DNA of 64,000 nt from the human T2T-CHM13v2.0 reference genome, Homo sapiens. Shown here piece after piece: positions 57,612 through 64,000 of this stretch. The stretch's first letter is position 1. Every line of letters begins with the position of its first letter. The notes below the pieces were generated by a model that made no database searches, was not told the origin of the DNA, and saw nothing but the letters and a program-made list of their open reading frames with translations. The translations under genes and the position numbers were made by a program. The stretch lies in NCBI RefSeq assembly GCF_009914755.1, contig NC_060929.1. The stretch is one strand, 5' to 3'.

Positions 57612-57681
57612 CTTCTCTTGTTTATCTAGTTCAGAGGTCACAGATTGCTTACTTTGTACTGTGTCTCCCAAATCTCATGAT
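57612..57681 (-). pseudogene. PDZPH1P: Putative 70-nt exon, (D)HE/DLGDTVQSKQSVTSELDKQEK, with an inferred 1-nt deletion
   Basis: Acceptor gtctgcag|AT and donor AAG|gtgggt. It supplies the phase-1 to phase-0 bridge needed between the large exon and 53843-53993 if one base is restored. Confidence 0.5.
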
Positions 57682-58344
57682 CTGCAGACTCATACATTAA
57701 AGAATCCAGGTCTCCTGCTATTTGGAAGTCAGAAGGCCTGTCTGTACTGGACCTGCGTTTTCCTTCCCTTAGGACACACTCGCTAGTTCACCAACACTCC
57801 AGACTTGCTCACATACAGCCTGCTTTACTCATTTACATCACCTGCCTGGCCCCTGTAGACAGTTCACATTGTGACGTCTAATCTAGTTGATTCCTAAACG
57901 CACACACATGGTGGAAGGAACTACACAAATATTACAGTGAACACTCATGTCAGGGACTCCGAATCTGAGGCACATGCATGGATGTTAAGGGGTTAGAGGA
58001 TCGCTTTTCAAAATGTAAGTGTAAGTTTGTGCCTATATCAATTTTATAATTTTCTGGTAAAAACAGTCCAAAAGTATCCCAGTTTCTCAAAGCAATACAC
58101 TCCCTGAAAAAATTACCCAGTTCTAGCCTGAGATATCAGTAATATGAAGACAATAATGTTGAATAAAGTATAAAGATATTCATAGTTCTAGGAGAGTTAA
58201 ATCTATGCAAACATTTATAGATTCAAATATTTTGTATTAATATTATAACTGCTGAACTATGTTCCTGGTTTTGTTGTTGTTGTTGTTGTTTGTTTTGGTA
58301 TGTGAACTATTCAAAGAAATCTGATGTGACTTCCCTGCATTTAT

Positions 58345-58800
58345 TTTTGCATTCAATAAATATTTGAGCACCTATACTACAGGACAGGTACTATCTAATT
58401 TTATGAATATAGCAATGATCAAAACAGGAAAAATCCATGCCCTCCTGGAACTTATATTCTAGTGAAAGAAGTCAGAACAAAACAAAAATAAACCAGTAAA
58501 ATATATAGCAGATTAGAAGGCAAAAAGTGCTATGTATAAATGGAAAAAGGATAGCGTTTGCCTGGGCTGTAATGAAGATGGTTCAGTTTGCAATTTTAAA
58601 TGGAGTGGTCTGAGAAGACCTTCCTGAGAACATGCTGTGTGAGCAAAAATCTAAAGGAGATGAGGAGATGAGAATGAACCATGTAGACATATAGGGGAAG
58701 ACTGGTCCAAGTAGTGGGAGCAGTCCATGCAAAGGGCCTGATGTGGATCTGGGCTGGAAGGTTCTAGGAAGTAAGTCAATATGGCTGGAAGAGTGATCAA
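58345..58800 (-). mobile_element. L2 3' fragment
   Basis: cattcaataaatatttgagcacctatact…atccatgccctcctggaacttatattctagtg…tgcaaagggcctga. Confidence 0.75.
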
Positions 58801-60288
58801 GGAAAAGGATACAGGGAGAGAGTTGTAGGAATAGCCTTTTGATGAATCAGTAACACAGGGAACCAGTAGCTGGAATTGTTTACCAAATGGGACAGTTTCA
58901 AACTCTGATGTGTAATATCAGCTTTGAGAGAATTCTGACTTGAATTATTGATTTTCTTAAGAAATGTTTCCCGCTGGGAGAGGTAGGACAGGGAGGAACA
59001 TGCCTCTGGGGGAAGGAGAGTCAACTTGGGAGATATATTCATCCAGGTGAGCATGTGTTTCCTTTGGGAGGCACAGTTGTTCTTACTGCAGGTTCCCTTG
59101 CAGTTCCAAATAACTATAGACTGAAGTCAGTGTTGGGATTAATGTCATTGATGCTGATTTCTGGATGGATGTTGGCACCAGGAAGCAGTCCCCATGACTG
59201 ATGGTCCTTGCTTTAGGGTGTTCATATCAAGCAGATGACCATAGAGTTTTCATACTGTTTTAGGGCATTTACTCTCTACAAAACAAATTTCACATTTTAT
59301 TCTAACAGTTATGTAATTGATTATGCTTTTTGTATTTTATTTCTACTTCTAAATTTTACTAATTTCATTCAAAAATCTAGAGACAGAACTACAAAGAAAA
59401 TATACCTTCTCCTTTAAGTTTCATCATTCCAAATATAATTTCTGAAGCTATTAGGATTATTACCAGCAGTTTAGAAGACAGTTTTTACTCATTCAAAATG
59501 TATTTTAATTTACAATATGGAATAATGCTAACATTAAATATAAAATAATTTGGACTCATTTAAAAAAACAAGGGCCTTCTATGAAGTGACAAAAATGATA
59601 TAGTGCTGATTTGAGATTGAAAGCAGACAGGCAGAATTATGTACTTAGGAAAGAACTTCCATCTTGGCCCTACTTGAGGTCTGGAGAGCTTCTGGGTTCT
59701 ATCAACAATTTGGTCCAAGTAATGCACAAGGGAGGTCAGAGGTCTGCTGGAGGTCAGAGGCCCCATGGTGGCTCAGTGAGGATTAGGCAAGGTCGTTTCT
59801 GTTTTTTGTCCTTTGTTGTAATTACTATTCCACATGGCCTTCCAAGACATACATACAATGCCTCTGTAACACCACAGCAAGATTTAAAAATATATTTTAT
59901 TACAAACATATTCTTCCTATTCTTCTGAACATGCTTAGCTTGCAAGAAGGAAAGAAATGGTGGATTATTTAAGAGTGGCAAAGACTAACATTTCCTACAA
60001 AATTGATTTGGCAATATATCAACCTTTTAAAGAGAAATTGATTTTTTTTTTTTTACATTAAACTGCAGGCTTGAAGATGCACTATTTATGGGTGGAGTGG
60101 GTGATAATGTAAAGAAACAGACTGATATATGCTTGCCCGTGTTCATCTAACTCTAAAATATATAATATATCTTTAGCAATAAAGAAAACATCCCAAGCAA
60201 TTTTAAAAAAGCCCTCATCTTAAGACTTTCCAAAGCTAAAATATGTAAAAAATAATGAAAGTTAATGATTCTGTATAGCCCACCATAC

Positions 60289-62635
60289 CTTTCAAAGCTT
60301 GCTTCTGAGGTGGCATCAACGTGTGTATTTGGTAACAGTAATTTTCCTTTGAGTCATTTTTGTTCTCATCCTCTTCAGTATTTGGCCCTGTTGATGCAAT
60401 CCTTTGGCACTGTGCTGGCTCCTGTTTAAAACTAGTTAGTCCAAGGTTTTCTTTATCTTGGTTACCATGTAGGTCCACATCATTGGTCAGTGTTTTTTCA
60501 ATAAGAAACAGATTATCTGAAGCACACACTGCACAGTTGGACTCAGCAGTGTTTGCTGAAAAATGCATTTGAAAACAGACTTTGTCACGATTCTCATTTG
60601 ACAGGTCTTCAAAATCTCTGTGGTATGCATTATTCACCACGGGTATTATCTGGCATTTGTCTTTTTCAACATTTTCCAGAGAGCTGGGTGACTCTTTACG
60701 GTTTTTCATTCCCATGGGACAATTAGAAACAACTAGTTTCTTTATCATCTTGAATAATCAATTTTTGCTCTAACTCATCAGTTATGAAGGTCATAACTAG
60801 TGCTTTTGTTTTGGTCGGGGCTGCTATCTCTGGATGACTTGCTGTGACTCTGTTTGGTTCCATTCCACAGTGCTGTGGCTAATACCGTTGCGTGGGCTCT
60901 TAGCTGCTAGGCTGCTGCCAGAAGCAGGCCTGAGATTAAGACACAGTGTAATCTTCCTTTCCAGTAGTTGCTGTGCTTTAGCATGAGAGTCACTATGTAA
61001 AATGGCTTTGTTAAAGTCTCTGTCAGTCACATTAATCTGCTCCTTCTCATAATCTATCACACACTCAGCACAATGATTAAAAGAAAATGTACTCTCAGGG
61101 TTTTCCTTAGGTTTCAAATGTCTGGTGGCCCAGTGAGGTGGGCTGAATGAGGTGCAAGACTGCAGAGAAGTTTGAGTGGGAGGGAAAGATACAGAATTTG
61201 AGTTCTCACAGCATTCTGCAGGTGGAGTCTTGCTTCCTTTGCAGTAGATGTTGGCTACCTTTGCTTCTGTGAGCTACATACTCACAGAAGATGAAGAACT
61301 AAAGGTGAAGTTTTTGCCATCTTGAGTGGAAAGATGTCAGTAATGGTACTTGGCAAATAATTTATTCCTTCTGTGCTTTGCTGTACATGTGAGTCTGATG
61401 TGATATTTCCTGGGATATCAAAGTTGATTTTTCTCTCTTTTTCCACATCCTTAGAATCCTCGAAAGGCATTTTACTTAAATCTGCAGTACTTAAACTTGT
61501 GGTCTTTTGGGTATTATGTGAAGTAGGAAGAATTTTTTTGAGAAGAGTCTTAGACTCAGAGAAATGTTTCTTTCTGGGGGTGTTCTGACTAATTTTAAAG
61601 ACCTTCTGCCGAGAGATAGCAGATTCTACCTCACAGTCTTCTAAGACTGTAGATAGTGTGTCAGGCTTATTTTTCTTTCTCTCCAGAGTCGAGGTTAGAT
61701 AAATCACCACTGTATCAAAATTCTTCTCCTTCTCGACAGCACACATGCCAGGAGAAGAGACACACAAACAATCTCAACTCTGATGCTTGTTTTCAAGCTG
61801 CCACATTTCAGGATACCTAATACCAGACTGTGAGGGAGACCTGAAAGTTTCTTTAGTGGTGTGATTGGAGGAAATGTTTCTGTATTTAGTTACTTTTTTC
61901 CTTTCTTTTAGGATGAGTTATATTAATTAATATATTCTGTGTCTTAGTCATGTAGTTGACTTTAATTTCTTTTCTTTCAATGGTTACTTTCAGCAAGGGG
62001 CTGTCGGTTCTGGCAATTTCTCCTTCATGTTTAGACAGCACCTCAGGTTTTAGTTCTTCCACCAATATATTCTTATGTTTAGGAAAGCAGCTCCTAGAAG
62101 GGTAGCATCTCTGAATGTGTCTGATAGAGCAACGCTGGCAACATTTTGGATGTCTCTTTTTTTGTTGGGAACTGTATTCCTGGTTTACAGACAAAGTTTT
62201 TCTTGATTTCTATTTGCACATTGAAATCCCCACGTTTCACTTCTGTAATAAATTTGCCTTTTGCTGGCTTAAAGTCTTCTACTGTGCCTAGGAGATTCTG
62301 TAATGTAATGTTTTCTGATAATGATTCTCCATAGTCATTAAATGTGATCATAGGTAAGACTTTCTCCAGTTGATGAGAGACAGCCAAAGGAGGATCATCA
62401 TTTCCCTTCTTCCTATGTATTTTGCTGTCACATGGATGCTGTTTCTTATCTTTAGGAAGAAAAGAAGAATTCTGCTTTTCATTCACAGAAGCAGACATAC
62501 CCTCATCTCCATTTTCCTTAGATTTCCCTAATGTCCCAGTCTGATGAAACACAGGCTCCAAGGTGTCTCCTTTGACTTCCTTTTCAAGAACTTTTATATT
62601 TTCTTGGCATGCTCAGCCAGCAGGCTGAGATACAC
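60289..62635 (-). pseudogene. PDZPH1P: Large disabled exon (2347 nt) of the PDZ-PH pseudogene, encoding a polar K/E/S/N-rich region
   Basis: Acceptor ttttgcttcctctttag|GT at 62636 and donor AAG|gtatgg at 60288. Minus-strand ORF fragments 62094-62561, 61886-62194, 61282-61767, 60824-61117 and 60236-60748 tile the region in shifting frames. In-frame stops at 62613-62615 (TGA), 61774-61776 (TGA) and 61274-61276 (TAG). Length is 3n+1 although both ends are phase 1. Confidence 0.8.
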
Positions 62636-63169
62636 CTAAAGAGGAAGCAAAAAAATAAAAATTGGAAAGGTTTACGTGTTCATTTAGAGAACAGATGTTC
62701 CAATTTCTAGAATAAAATGCAATGCAAATCCTTTGTAAGTATTTTGGGTATCGGTTTTCATTCATTTATAGCATGTCAAAATGTTTTTCACAAAAGTTCA
62801 TTTATAATAAATACATCACTTTAAATCAACCAATTCTCTTAGAGTGTAGAAATATCACCAGTAGTTTTATGAAGTAAGAATTTAATTAAGCTGTACTCTA
62901 AAACAGCAACTTGCAAAAGTGGGTGAAATGAAAATTTCACAAGAAACATATGCAACTAAATTTTAAGTGCAACTCTTGAAAAAGAACAGCTTGCTATATG
63001 ATCAGGTATTTGAACATGGCATTATACTACAGGCTAAGTCAAGCTCAATACAATTTGAGATGGTACTACAAATGAAGATGTGGGTAAAAAGAATGGAAGA
63101 AACATAAGTATGCTTTTAGACAGACTTTCAAACATGTCCAGTAGTATCCTTTGCCCTGGGCTTTTTATA

Positions 63170-63470
63170 GAATAGGTTCACAAACTCAAAGTCTGTGGCA
63201 TTTAAACAGGTAACATAAACAAGTGAAGCAGGCTGGGTATACATATTCTCTGCTAGTCAGCTCCAGCCACGTGAAAAGGTGTCCTGGTGTTACTGGATCA
63301 TCTCATTTTTCCAGAAGAGAACTAGAATCTGGATTTTTTCCTATACTGTAAAATTTCTTAATTTCTAAGGATTAGTTCAAAAATTTAAAACAACAACCCT
63401 CTATAGGTGGAGGCCAGTATACTTAGGGACCAGCTTTTGCCCAAGAACTACCAGCTTGCAACCTGCACTC
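63170..63470. mobile_element. MER103-like hAT fragment
   Basis: tttttccagaagagaactagaatctggatttttt…ccagcttgcaacc. Confidence 0.5.
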
Positions 63471-64000
63471 CTCTGTTTTATATTAAAATACATTCCTATG
63501 AGAAGCTTGTGAACCTGAGCATGAGGCACCAGAGCTTGTGTAAAAAACAGTGGACAAAAATATCTCAAATTCTATTTTAAACTACATCTGAGATTATTTG
63601 TTAAGAAAGAAGAATAGGCAACAAGTGAATACTTATATCATAAAGATTGATGAACCAGGTGTCAAAAAGGACATTTTTAAAAAGTTAAGTTTAAAATTGG
63701 AATGGATTATTTATACATTTATTTTAAATGTTTTTAACTTAAAATGATTTTTATTTATACTTATAAATTTTTACATAAAATGCTTATAATTATATAAATA
63801 CTTATATAGAGAATAAATTCTCTTCAACAGGAAAAAGAACAGCATCGAGCATACTGAGATCACTTGAGGAGTCTAACCATTCCCATTTGCCTCTCTTCTA
63901 GCCTGTAGGAAGGTCTCTCTTGTCAGGTACTGAAACAGTTTCCAGTGGGCCTGGTCACAATCTGAGCTCTGTAATGTGGAAGTCATAAGAGAAAAGACAT

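Overview
This is primate (probably human) genomic DNA: AT-rich, CpG-depleted and dense in Alu, L1, L2, MIR, LTR and DNA-transposon relics. It is not prokaryotic, and almost all ORF-track entries are spurious or repeat-derived. The main signal is a decayed, intron-containing gene on the minus strand, which I reconstructed by hand from GT-AG boundaries and intron phases. Its exons are a ~2.35 kb exon (60289-62635) with several stops and frameshifts, small exons at 57612-57681, 53843-53993 and 44275-44442, the C-terminal half of a PDZ domain (33231-33341), and the end of the PDZ plus the start of a PH domain (19933-20111). From recall, not a database search, this matches PDZPH1P, the primate pseudogene counterpart of vertebrate Pdzph1. 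I could not find the exon for the N-terminal half of the PDZ domain, nor the exons that complete the PH domain. Smaller points of interest are a tiny twin-primed (5'-inverted) L1 insertion with a TSD, a near-adjacent inverted Alu pair, a CRX/OTX plus DR1 motif cluster in an intron, and a long polypyrimidine tract. I see no evidence of a wholly new biological system.
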